Assembly: GCA_951406725.2 (NCBI GenBank)
Contig: OX597816.1
Span: 129,146,001-129,210,000 of the forward strand
Direction of reading: 5' to 3'
Length of the DNA stretch: 64,000 nucleotides
Origin: Octopus vulgaris
Lineage: Eukaryota
In this document: piece by piece, positions 50,980 through 63,470 of the stretch
Layout: each line of letters starts with the position of its first letter
How positions within the stretch are numbered: the first letter of the stretch is position 1
Position numbers and translations under genes: made by a program
The notes under the pieces: model-generated
The model's input: the letters and a program-made list of their open reading frames with translations, nothing else
Database searches by the model: none
What the model was told of the DNA's origin: nothing

Positions 50980-53900
50980 ATTGAAATGTTGAGCTAAGTA
51001 AAATTGTAGTCATGGCCAGTGCTGGTGACACATGAAAGGCACTGATGCTAGTGACATGTTAAAGGCACTTGTGCCTGTGATATATAAAAGATATCCAGTG
51101 CACTCTGTGAAATGGTTGGTGTTAAGAAGGGCATCCAGCTGTAGAAGACAAGCCAAAACAGACTGGAACCTGGTGAAGCTTACCATCTTTAGTCAAACTA
51201 ACAACCCATTCCAGTATGGGGAATGGTCACTAAATTATGATGATGATGATGATGGTGATGGTGGTGGTGAAACATTTTATGATGTGGACAATAAAGATGA
51301 ATAAAAGAAATTTAATACGATACAGGATTTATTGAAATTATCTACTTTGAGAGAAAAGTAAACAAATACTCTGTAACGATAACAGTCAATGCCAAATGAG
51401 AAGGTGAGATAATCTCAAGAATCAAGAATTTCTCCAAAATTGACTGGCTATTGAGGAAGAAGATAATCTGATTGTCTGGATACAAGGAAGACAGCCATAG
51501 ACACTTCTTTGTCATAAAATCACCAGAACAATACTTGTTCTACCTTTACTCCAGCAGATATGAAACAGATATTAACCATATTTTGTAGTGAATAATGTTA
51601 CCTCAAACTGTAAATAGGGTTATCTCTTTGTATATCTTCAACTAAAAATGTATTAGCTGGAATTACAAGAGTCACAGCTCTTTTAAATTTATCCCCTCAA
51701 ATTGTAGCCGTATATTTGTATGTGTAATCACTGAAAGGATTACATCTGAGCCCAGTTTTTACATACACATGATGGTTTTGCAGGTGTGGAGGGGGATATT
51801 TTTACTTTTAATTTGATTTTATGTATTTATTTTATTTTATGTATTTATTTATTTATTTATAAATGACACCATATTCAGTTGCTCCTAATACATTAAAAAT
51901 ATTCTCAGTCAAAACAAAGCTTATTTTCATTTCATTTACCAATAATTTAAAACTTTCTTGAGAATAATTTTCAATATATTTAATAGAATTAACAATTTCA
52001 ATCATATATTTGGTCATATCTTACCAATCTAATTTTACTTTTCCATTTTATCTGCATATACACATAGCATGGTACTATACTGTTGATTCCAAAAATATGA
52101 TAACAGCCAAAAATAGTTTTCTTTTTACAGCTTTCATTTGTCTGTTACACAATATATATATATTTTTAATTACTTGCCAACCTTGGTTAAAGCTTTTTCC
52201 ATTCATACACATCATCACTGTCGTTGTCGTCATCATCATTGCTTTTATACGGAGCAGATAAAATTTGAGGCAGATTTTCTACGGTTGCATGCCTTTCCTG
52301 TCACCAACACTCATCTGTTTCCAAGCAAGATAATACCTCCTCATGGATAAACATGCTTACACAGATGATTGGAAATGAAGGACTCCACTACTATGACACT
52401 GATACTTTCTTAAAACCATGTCAGAACAATAAGACACAATCACACATAAGTTGCCACACAGTAGGACTGAACCCAGAACCATGTGGTTGAGAAGTAAGCT
52501 TTTTTACTACACACACACACAAATACACACACACACACACTCACACACTCACACACACACACACACACACTCACACACACACACACATGCATGCAGGCAT
52601 CTGCAGTTAATGATCTTTCACTTTCATCAGTTTCGAATTTTCAAATCCACTCACAAGCCTTTGGTCAGCCAGAAACAATAGTAGAATACACTTGCCCAAG
52701 GTATCACACCGTGGGACCGAATCCAAAATCATACAGTTGGGAAAGAAGCTTCTTGACCACACAGCTGTACCTGCAGCTCCAATTTAGGTAAATTAATTTC
52801 TTTCATGTCATTAGAAATAGGGGGATTAAACTTCATGAGTGTTTAAATAAATCCCTATTACACGTGTAAGTCATACAGTTAATTAGTTTAAATATAAATA
52901 TTGATTGAATATTAATTTAAATTCAGCTTTCTACAAAAGAAAACTGACTTATCACACTATAAATAGTTTGAACTTTTATGACTTTATTTCTAAAATTAAA
53001 ATCTTTTTAAAATAAAATAAATTGTTTACACATTGCACTAAAATAGCTCAATATTATCTTTCAAATACCACTTTGTCACACTTTTTCCTAGTTATCCATT
53101 CCTAAAGGAAATCTTTATCTTCAAATTTTAAGAGCTTTATTTTCATAATTCTATAAACTGTTAAAAATAATTCCTGAAATCACATGAATATTAAACTCCT
53201 CCCTCCATAGTTGCAGGCAAGGCTGTGTAGTTAAGAAGCTCACTTTGGAACCCTGTTGATTCAGATTCAGTCCCACTATGCAGCACTTGGGTAGGCACCT
53301 TCTATGGTTCTGGGCTGACCAATACCTTGAGTGAGTTTGGTGGATGGAAACTGTGGGAAGCCCTTCATGTGTGTATGTGTATTTTGGCTTTGTCTCCCAC
53401 TACTGCTTAACAACCAGTGTTGGTTTGCTTTAACTAAACAGTTCATCAAAATATATCAACAGAATAAGTACAAAATTAACAAGTAAGTATAAGTACTGGG
53501 GCTGATTTGTTTAACTAAACCCTTCAAGGCAGTGCCCCAGTATGGCCACAGTCCAATGAATGAAACTAGAGATGAAAAATTTTTTAAATAAAGAACACAC
53601 GCACACACACAGACAGACACAGACACACACACACATACGTACACACAAACACACGTGCACACAATCTCCACCGAACATCACTCCATATATGATTATATAT
53701 CACTATTTCTCACCCCATTAACCATATTTTTTATACAATTCCATTCTCACCGTTCCTTTTGTCTTTTTCATTAATAGGCATTTATTACCTTTCATCCTTC
53801 CACATGAATGAAGGCAATAAAATAAATACCAGGCAAGTACTGAGGTTGACTTAGTTATCTATTCTCTTCACCTCAAAATTTATGGAGACTTGTGTCTGTG

Positions 53901-54029
53901 GGAGAAATCAATATTTGGATATTGGTGTTTGAACAACAATATTTGAATATCTCTGTTTGGCAGTAAAAACAATGGAAAAATTTTCCTAGGATGCCTTTGG
54001 TATGTAGAACATATACAAACATATGTAGT

Positions 54030-54330
54030 TCATCTATTGTTGTTGATGATGACCAAAGATAGCACATGGGAGAAGACAAGGCATGCTGTGTCTGGCTGTG
54101 GCCAATCAGTCCAATGTGTGCTCAGAAGGCTCTGCCACAGCTCAGGTATAAGTGGTCTGCTGGGACTGAAGGTGAGGAATTGGCTCTGGGATTGTGCAAT
54201 TTGTGTCTTCTTCATGTCTCTGCAATCCTGTTCTGTCTGTTGGTGCAGTTTGCCAGGCAGGTTCATCTTGCACTTGCATTTCCCAAGTGTCAGTGTTGAC
54301 CTCTTTGGTGTAGAACAGTTAAGTGCAGAC
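54030..54330 (-). mobile_element. RTE LINE 3' remnant with one C2H2-like finger
   Basis: VNTDTWEMQVQDEPAW...SCGRAF*AHIGLIGHSQT across frameshifts; RTE-like end gtcatcatcaacaacaatagatgaac. Confidence 0.7.
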
Positions 54331-54705
54331 TAATATAATTCATGTAGTGAACAAACAAATAAATGTTTAATATCCCCATAATGGATCTCACCCCATAATG
54401 AAAAAAAAATCATTTGCATTACTAACAATTCTTACCAAGAAATTCAAATGAGTCAACTATGAAATTAAAATTGACAAAACGTTAAATAGGAACATGCAGT
54501 GAAGAATCAGTTAAATCCGTGGTAAATACAATAACTCATGTATTTTGATCTTATTAGATCTCTTCATTGACACAGTTTTTATTCTGAGTTTAATTCTAAT
54601 TAAGTGGTGCATTGTATTACATGTGGTAATCGATGCATAGCTATTTAGCCCAATTGTTTGGACAACAGATTTGGGCAGAAATATTTGGTTAATGGTGTTG
54701 GGATT

Positions 54706-55190
54706 GGACATCTGTTTTGGAAAGTAATATTTTATTTGGAGATCAGTTTTGAACTGTGACCTTGGACATCTGTTTTGAACAATGATGTTTGGACATTAGT
54801 GTCAGAAAGTTATGTCTTGACATCAATTTTTGACAGTGATGCTAGGATATCAGTTTTGACAGTAAATCTTGGATATCAATTTTGAACAATGATACTTGGA
54901 CATTAGTTTTAGAAAGAGATGCATAGGCATCAGTTCTGGGCAGTTATCTTAGAATACTAGTTTTGAATAACAAAGTTTGGATAGCAGTAGTGACACTGGT
55001 GCTCGGACAGCAGTCTCAAACAGTAATATTTGAACATCAGTTTTGATGAGGATGCCGGGACATCAGTTTCAGACAGTGATACTTTGACATTAGTATTGGA
55101 CAGAGATATATGAACTTCAGTTTTGACCAGTGATGCTGAGACATTGGTTTTGAACAATGATGTTTGGATATTAGTTTTGGACAGTACTAT
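54706..55190. repeat. Diverged 27-bp minisatellite, about 18 units
   Basis: Approximate consensus ggacatcagttttgaacagtgatRYtt. Confidence 0.85.
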
Positions 55191-56501
55191 TTTGTTATCA
55201 ATATTTGGGCCATCCTTAAGGTGGCAACTGGCAGAATTATTAGCATACCAGGAAAAATGCTTAGCAGCATTTCGTCTGTCTTTACATTCTGTGTTCAAAT
55301 TCTACCAAGGTCATCTTTGCTTTTCATCTTTTTGGAGCTAATAAAATAAAAGTCAGTTGAGCACTGAGGTCAAAGTAAGTAACTTAACTCCTCCCCATGA
55401 ACTTGCTGGCCTTGTGCCAAAATTTGAAACCAATATTTGAGCCATCCAATCATGCAATCCCAAATGAACTGAATCCCCTTTAGAACCCACCCAGCACTCA
55501 ATGTTCTGCAGTGTTCACTAATATTGCCTTTATCTTCCAAGTTCAGTATTTGAGCAATAATATTTGAACAGTCCGAGAAGTAATGTAAAAACATATTTTA
55601 TTTATTTTATATCAAAAAAACAGGTCAGTTTAACTGGATGTTGCAAAACCTAAAACTCACAGTGGGTCCAGTACAACACTGACAATATGTCCAAATATGT
55701 GCTTTCGAAGATGGATAAAAAAACTAATCAGTAATGTCTAGACATATTTTTGTTGGGTTTTTTTTATATTTGGTATGTGTATTTTTATATCATGTAATAA
55801 AAAAGATCTGCCATACATCAGCCTAGATAATTCACCATTATCATCACCATGATCAATAATCAGAACTGACAGACTGACAGTTTGTATTTTATTTTTTAAT
55901 CAAAAAGCTTGCAACCATATGCTATCACGTGTGCGTATGTGTGTATATACTTGTTTATGTGTGTATGTGTGTTTTAATGTATATGTTCAATTATGTAAAT
56001 TTGTGTGCAAGTGTGTGTTTGTATGTGTGATTATGTGTGTAGATGTATATGGAATGTTTACATCTTTCAGATGCATACAAAGAGAAAAAAAAATGTATGG
56101 GAAAAACAATTGCTGTTGACATGAGTTTCCTTTAATCATAGCAGCTTTCAATGTCTGACAAAATGGTGAAATATAAGTCAAACAATAAAAAAAATAAAAA
56201 ATGAACATAAACATATCTTTTAAAAATCTCATACATAAAAGTGAAATAAGAAAGGAAAAAAATTAAATATGGATATATACTTATACTTATATGTATATAT
56301 ATGTAATGTGTGTATAGAGAAAGTGAGAGGAGGAGGAGACAAAAAGAGAGATAGAAAGAATGAATGAAAAGATAGGAGGAAAACTGTGGTAAGACATTAT
56401 TTTAAAATATTTTCAAAATATATGTCAATATATGTATGTATTTACATGGGTGATAATAAATATATATATATGTATACACACACACATATATATGTATATG
56501 A

Positions 56502-56537
<36 letters not shown>

Positions 56538-56560
56538 ATGTGTGTGTGTGTGTATATGTA

Positions 56561-56943
56561 GGAGTGGCTGTGTAGTAAGTAACTTGTTTACCAACCACAT
56601 GGTTCTGGGTTCAGTCCCACTGCATGGCACCTTGGGCAAGTGTCTTCTACTATAGCCTCGGGCCGACCAAAGCCTTGTGAGTGGATTTGGTAGACGGAAA
56701 CTGAAAGAAGCTCATCGTATATATGTATATATATATATATGTATGTGTATATGTTCGTGTGTCTGCATTTGTCCCCCCAACATCGCTTGACAACCGATGC
56801 TGGTGTGTTTACGTCCCCTTCACTTAGCGGTTCGGCAAAAGAGACCGATAGAATAAGTCCTGGGGTCGATTTGCTTGACTAAAGGCGGTGCATGGCCACA
56901 ATCACATGACTGAAACAAGTAAAAAGTAAAAAAGTAAAAAGTA
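56561..56943 (+). mobile_element. CORE-type tRNA-derived SINE (OR2-like)
   Basis: Same family as 47454, little decayed. Confidence 0.9.
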
Positions 56944-56946
56944 TAT

Positions 56947-56982
<36 letters not shown>

Positions 56983-57026
56983 TAAGCAGACGTTAAACGA
57001 TGATGATGATGATGATGATATATATA

Positions 57027-57410
57027 TTGTGGCACTCCGTTGGTTGCAATGATGAGGGTTCCAATTGATCTGATCAATGGAACACCCTGTTCATGAAATT
57101 AACGTGCAAGTGGCTGAGTACTCCACAGACACGTGTACTCTTAGTGTAGTTCTCAGTGAGATTCAGCGTGGCACAGAGTGTGACGAGGCTGGCCCTTTGA
57201 AATACAGGTACAACAGAAACAGGAAGAAAGAGTGAGAGAATGTTGTGGTGAAAGAGTACAGCAGGGTTCACCACGACCCCCTGCCATAGCCTCATGGAGC
57301 CTTAGGTGTTTTCATTCAATATACACTCACAACACCCGGTCTGGGAATCAAAACCACAATCCTACGACCGCAAGTCCACTGCCCTAACCACTGGGCCATT
57401 ACTCCTCCAC
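57027..57410 (-). mobile_element. tRNA-derived SINE, full length
   Basis: Reverse complement of the 32927-33303 family. Confidence 0.88.
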
Positions 57411-57437
57411 TATATGCATATATATATATATATATAT

Positions 57438-57641
57438 AAATGTAATATGTGACAATTACTCCGAATTTCAGATGCCGAGATGGAAATCCACACCACCATC
57501 TCTTCAGTTATCTGGCCATCGGAAAAATCTGATTTTTCCAATGGCTGGATAACTGAAGAGATGGCGACATGGATTTCCACCTCAGCGTCTGAAACTCAGA
57601 GTTTTATCATGGTTACCAAATAATTGTCACATATTACATTT
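57438..57641. repeat. ~200-bp palindrome with a 1-nt centre, carrying mirror hammerhead motifs
   Basis: Centre GGAAAAATC-T-GATTTTTCC at 57530; ends aaatgtaatatgtgacaatta / taattgtcacatattacattt. Confidence 0.93.
57548..57608 (+). ncRNA. Type-I hammerhead ribozyme motif (variant)
   Basis: GAUAA-CUGAAGA-GAUG..CGUC-U-GAAAC-UCAGA-GUU-UUAUC; stem I GAUAA/UUAUC, GUU triplet, one extra U before GAAA. Confidence 0.65.
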
Positions 57642-57692
57642 ACAGATATATTCCTCTGGGGTCTCTTTCTTTCTTTTGTTGTCTTACCATTT

Positions 57693-57696
<4 letters not shown>

Positions 57697-57743
<47 letters not shown>

Positions 57744-57777
57744 CATACGTATATATATACATACGTATATATATACA

Positions 57778-57820
<43 letters not shown>

Positions 57821-57841
57821 CATACGTATATATATACATAC

Positions 57842-57884
<43 letters not shown>

Positions 57885-57915
57885 CATGTATGTATGTATG
57901 TATGTATGTATGTAT
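57697..57915. repeat. (TA)n/(TATG)n microsatellite with a short duplicated unit
   Basis: Seen directly; other large dinucleotide or tetranucleotide tracts at ~1975-2172, 10190-10290, 14456-14590, 18685-18758, 19088-19160, 23811-24075 and 31860-32080. Confidence 0.95.
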
Positions 57916-58609
57916 AAGTATATATTCATTCACACACACAGAAATACAGATATATGTTTTCATAATATGCTTTCAACACTTACACACATGCATCCATATA
58001 TATATAGAATCACCCGATATATTCACTCACATATACATATGCATATATAATGCATGCAAACATACTCTAAAATATGTATACAAATAATTACTTATCTACA
58101 TGAGATCTTACCTTAAGTATGCATTGCACTTATAAGTGAAAGAGAGAAAGAGAGAGTGGGAGAGGAAGGGGAGGAAAGAGGAAGATGAGAAAAACAGAGA
58201 GAGAGAGTGAGGGAGTGAGTAAGTGAGTGTGTGCTAGTGTGTGTGCATGTGTATGTGTGGTATTTGCACAGTTAAGAAACAGGAATTAAGATATATTTAT
58301 TTCTATGCCAAGACAATAACAATAATCAACAATAATGGAAAACCTTTGCTCAATCCAATCATGCAACAGAAATGAACTGAATTCTCTTTGGTACGTGCAC
58401 TCAGTGCTTTGTAGTGTTCAGTGACAACCCTTAATGTTCTGAGTTCAAATTCTGCTGTGGTTTTGTGTTTATCTTTCATTCCTTCTGTGTCAGTAAAACA
58501 AATACTGGTTGTATATTGAGAAAGAATTAAATCAATTGTGATTTATCATTCCCTTCTTTTGAAGTGTATCTTTGTATACAATTAATAAAGGAAGAGAAGC
58601 ATAGAAATA

Positions 58610-58646
<37 letters not shown>

Positions 58647-59127
58647 GGCAGCAAGCTAGCAGAAGTGTTAGCATGCCGGAAAAATTGCTTAGCAGCATTT
58701 TATCCATCTTTACATTCTGAGTTCAAATTCTGCTGAGGTCAACTTAGTCTTTCATCTTTTCAAGGTTGATTAAATAAGTGCCAGTGAAACACTGGGGTCG
58801 ATGGAATCAACTTATCCCCTCCCCCAAAATTACTGTCCTTGTAGCAAAATTTGAAACCATTATTATTACTACTGCTGCTGCTGCTACTACTACTACTACT
58901 ACTACTATTATTATTATTATTATTATTATTAAGATAACAAGCTGGCAGAATTCTTAGTATCATTTCATCCATCACTATGTTCTGAGTTCAAATTCCATTG
59001 AGGCCGACTTCGCCTTTCATCTTTTCAGGGTCAATAAATTAAGTACCGGTGAAACACTGGAGTCACTGGAGTCGCTGTAATCAACTAGTCAACCCCCACC
59101 CCACCAAATTTCAGGCCGCATGCCTTT

Positions 59128-59453
59128 AGTAGTGGTTAGAGTGTCGAGCTTACAACTGTGAGGTTGTGAGTTCCAATCCCAGACTGGGCTGCGAGTTGTG
59201 TTCTTGAGCAAGACACTTTATTTCACAATGCTCCAGTTCACTCAGCTGTAGAAATGAGTTGCGACGTCACAGGTGCCAAGCTGTATCAGCCTTTACCTTT
59301 CCCTTGGATAACACTGATGGCGTGGAGAGGGGGGGAGCTGGTATGCGTGGTCAACTGCTGGTCTTCCATAAATAACTTTGCCCAGACTTGTGCCTCGGAG
59401 GGTAACTTTCTAGGTGCAATCCCATGGTCATTTGTGACCGAAGGGAGTCTCTC
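59128..59453 (+). mobile_element. tRNA-derived SINE (Meta-like body)
   Basis: Same family as 34309; abuts a Nin-type SINE upstream and (TTA)n downstream. Confidence 0.85.
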
Positions 59454-59498
<45 letters not shown>

Positions 59499-59511
59499 TA
59501 TTATTATTATT

Positions 59512-61337
59512 AACAAACACCATCCGATCGTGGCCGTTCGCCAGCCTCATCTGGCACCTGTGTCGGTGGCACATAAAAACACCATCCGAAGACCCGGCGA
59601 CGTAGTCAGTCCACCTGTGCATACCTTCCCTCTTATGACACTTGTGAAGACCTGTTGAGGCAAGTGTGTGACACTTGTGAAGACCTGTTGAGGCAGAGGC
59701 AAGTGTGTGACTCTTTGTGAAGACCTGTTGAGGCAGAGGCAAGTGTGTGACACTTGTGGAGACCTGTTGAGGCAAGTGTGTGACACGTGTGACACTTGTG
59801 AAGACCTGTTGAGGCAAGTGAAAATCAACCAAATCAAAATAGATGAACATCAATGGAATTTGTATCTTTGTGGTTCCAGTACCGGTGGCACACAAGAAAA
59901 CCATCCGAACATGGCCGTAGCCAGTACCGCATCGACTGGCCTCTGTGATGTGGGCACATAACAAACACCATCCGATCGTGGTGGCCCCTACCTGGGAGCC
60001 CACCTGTGCATACCTTGTGACACTTGTGAAGACCTGTTGAGGCAAGTGAAAATCAACAAATCAACAAATCAAAAAATCAAAACAAATGAACATCAATGGA
60101 ATCTGTATCTCTGTGGTACCAGTGCCGGTGGCACACAAGAAAACCATTCGAACGTGGCTGTAGCCAGTACCGCATCGACTGGCCTCCGTGCTGTGGGCAC
60201 ATAACAAATGCCATCTGATCGTGGCCGTTCGCCAGCCTCATCTGGCACCTGTCCGAAGACCCGGCAAGACTAGTGAGGCCATAGCCCGTGGCCCCTTCCT
60301 GGGACGTAGTCAGTCCACCTGTGCATACCTTCCTTCTTATGACACTTGTGAAGACCTGTTGAGGCAAGTGCTAATCTAATCAAATCAAATGACACTTGTG
60401 AAGACCTGTTGAGGCAAGTGATAATAATAATAATAATAATCATAATCATAATCATAATCATAATCAAATCCAATCAAAACAAATCAAAATAGATGAACAT
60501 CAATGGAATTTGTATCTTTGTGGTACCAATGCCGGTGGCACACAAGAAAACCATCCGAACATGGCCGTAGCCAGTACCACATCGTGCTGTGGGCACGTAA
60601 CAAACACCATCCGATTGTGGCCGTTCGCCAGCCTCATCTGGCACCTGTGTTGGTGGCACATAAAAACACCATCCAAAGACCCGGCAAGACTAGTCAGGCC
60701 ATAACCCGTGGCCCCTACCTGGGACGTAGTCAGTCTACCTGTGCATACCTTCCTTCTTATGACACTTGTGAAGACCTGTTGAGGCAAGTATGTGACACTT
60801 GTGAAGACCTGTTGAGGCAAGTGAAAATCAAACCAAATCAAAATAGATGAACATCAATGGAATTTGTATCTTTGTGGTACCAGTGCCGGTGGCACACAAG
60901 AAAACCATCCGAACGTGTCCGTAGTCAGTACCGCATTGACTGGCCTCCGTGCTGTGGGCACGTAACAAACACCATCCGATCGTGGCCGTTCGCCAGCCTC
61001 ATCTGGCACTTGTGTCGGTGGCACATAAAAACACTATCCGAGCGTGGCCATCTGCCAGCCTCGTCTGGCACCTGTGTCGGTGGCACATAAAAAAAAAACA
61101 CCATCCGAGCGTGGCCGTTCGCCAGCCTCGTCTGGCACCTGAGCAGGTGGCACATAAAATCACCCACTACACTCTCGGAGTGGTTGGCGTTAGGAAGGGC
61201 ATCCAGCTGTAGAAACACTGCCAGATCTGACTGGCCTGGTGCAGCCTTCGGGCTCCCCAGACTCCAGTTGAACCGTCCAACCCATGCTAGCATGGAAAGC
61301 GGACGTTAAATGAGGATGATGATGATGATGATGATGA
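59512..61337 (+). mobile_element. Tandem concatemer of RTE 3' UTR segments ending in one complete tail
   Basis: atgaacatcaatggaa..tgtatc..gtggtacc occurs four times (~59843, 60086, 60494, 60847); gacacttgtgaagacctgttgaggcaagtg occurs about ten times; a single (GAT)n tail. Confidence 0.92.
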
Positions 61338-62317
61338 TTGTGAGAAGGCAGAATTCTTAACATGTCAGACAAAGTGCTGAGTGACATTACTTCTGACACT
61401 TTACATCTTGAGTTCAAATTCTGCTGAGAACGACTTTGCGTTTGATATTTTCAAGATCAATCATCAATCAAATATGGTCAGTGTGTGGGATGTAATGGAC
61501 TTACCCCTTCCCTCAAAATTGCTGGATCTTGTGTCAAAATTAGGAAAAATTATTACTGCTATAGTAGACACTGATGAAAGGTAAAATGGTAGAATGGTAG
61601 CAGTAGTGATTTGGCTGAGTCATTGGAATGTCAAATAAAAAGTGTTCATCCTGAATTCAAATTTTACCATATTTAACTGCCCCTTTAATCCTTTCAGATT
61701 GAATAAGTAAAGTACCAATTGTGGATGGTGATTAGAGGTATTCCCAGAATTTCGGATGAGATTCCTTGCAGTATTTGTTCTGGTTCTTTGTGTCCTAAGT
61801 TCAAATTCTGCCTAGTTATTAATGGGCTACAGTTAATTAACCAACAACGTGAGGGGCTTGTCTTACACTTTATTTGGCCAGTGTAATCATGTAGGCCTAC
61901 AACCAGGATAAATAAACCAGCAACAGTAGGCTCCAGATTCATCAAGCAATGGGTGAATGAAAGTCAACTGGAATGACAGAACTGGAGAGGAAGGAATTAA
62001 ATGCTTTGCAATATTTAGTTATATCATTTTAGCTTCTCAGTTCAAATCCATGCTAGAGTTCATTTTACCCTTTAACCTCCTGGGGTTTATATATGTGTGT
62101 GTACATACATGCACATGTGTGTGTGTGTGCATGTGTGCACGTGAGTGTGTGTGTGTGCATGTATGTGTACACACACACACTCATATATATATATATATAT
62201 ATATAGACAGAGCAAGGCAGAAACAAGGAAAATGCCACTTATATTTGAACACTATACAAATATTCCTTTAAAAAAACATTTCTTTTAATTTTTCTAAATT
62301 TAATTATTTAATCGTTA

Positions 62318-62355
62318 CAGTTGAAAAGGTCTCGAAATGACTGAAACCGGTACTG
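62318..62355 (+). ncRNA. Degenerate minimal hammerhead-like motif
   Basis: CAG-UUGAAAA-GGUC(UCGAAAU)GACU-GAAAC-CG-GUA-CUG; the core deviates from CUGANGA at two positions. Confidence 0.45.
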
Positions 62356-62412
62356 AAATGTTCTTTATAAAATTATTTTAGAATTTTCTATTTTGACTTA
62401 TTTTTTCATATA

Positions 62413-62810
62413 TCTTTATATATAAAAGTGAGGTTGTGTGCTGTCTGTCTCCTACGATTTAGATTCCTAACTACTCCCACATTTTGCGGTGCAGTTTAAC
62501 CAAAACCGGGTATCTTATAGTCGTGATTCATATCGAGCGCTTCTGGGTAGTAGCGTGCGTCTACGATGAGTCTACGATTTAAAAAAAAATTTACCATCAA
62601 TTTTTCCCATTTTTAATGCATTTTTGGCATATATAAGGGAAGTAACTCTCTAAAAATTTATTACTAAATCTCAGAACGTAAAAAGCTACAGTAACACCCC
62701 CTCCCTTTGTGGTTAGCCATATTGAGATGGCTATTATACTTTACATCTCTAAAAATGCTTATATAGTTATTTCCCTTACAAACCTGAGCAACGCCGGTCG
62801 ATACTGCTAG
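62413..62810 (+). mobile_element. Non-autonomous Helitron
   Basis: A|TC 5' end (tctttatatataaaag), subterminal GC hairpin cctgagcaacgccgg, 3' CTAG|T, no TSD. Confidence 0.85.
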
Positions 62811-63437
62811 TATATATATATACCATTATCATCATCATATATATATGAATATATATATGTATAAATATATGGTTCAGAAATATACCAAACATGCAAAAAA
62901 CAGAGACAGGTGAAAGAATCAAACTGGATGTACTAGTCTGACACTCCAGAAAAATGGAGGAAGTTTTCAATGTTTCAAGATTTTGCTCTTCTACAAAAAG
63001 AAATAAGGAGAGAAAACAGATGGCGAGAGGAAAAAAGTGTCTGATTTTATAATGTTCTATTTTGCATACATATCTATATTACACACACACACACACACAG
63101 ACACACACACATGCACTCATGCATGCATGCACACACACACTTGCACACATGCACACACATACATGCACACATGGACACACATACACACACACACATATAT
63201 GATGTTACACTGACACTCAATTCTAGGTACACTTATCAAAACAGTCAAAATGACTGTAAAATATTGAAGATGATTATGTGAGCCCTTCTCTTTGTAATGA
63301 AATGCTGATCACTTAATGTGGATGGAGCATGTGGAAGAAGGGGGCCCGGGAAGACATGGAATGATGTAGTGAAGACTGTAGTATGCACTCAGTACATATG
63401 TACCAAGAAATAACGCTTGAATACAAATATTTAATAA

Positions 63438-63470
<33 letters not shown>

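Noticed and set aside
59630-59820. CRISPR-like ~30-bp repeats
   Set aside because: Repeats are adjacent with no unique spacers, derive from the RTE 3' UTR, and have no cas genes nearby; the context is eukaryotic
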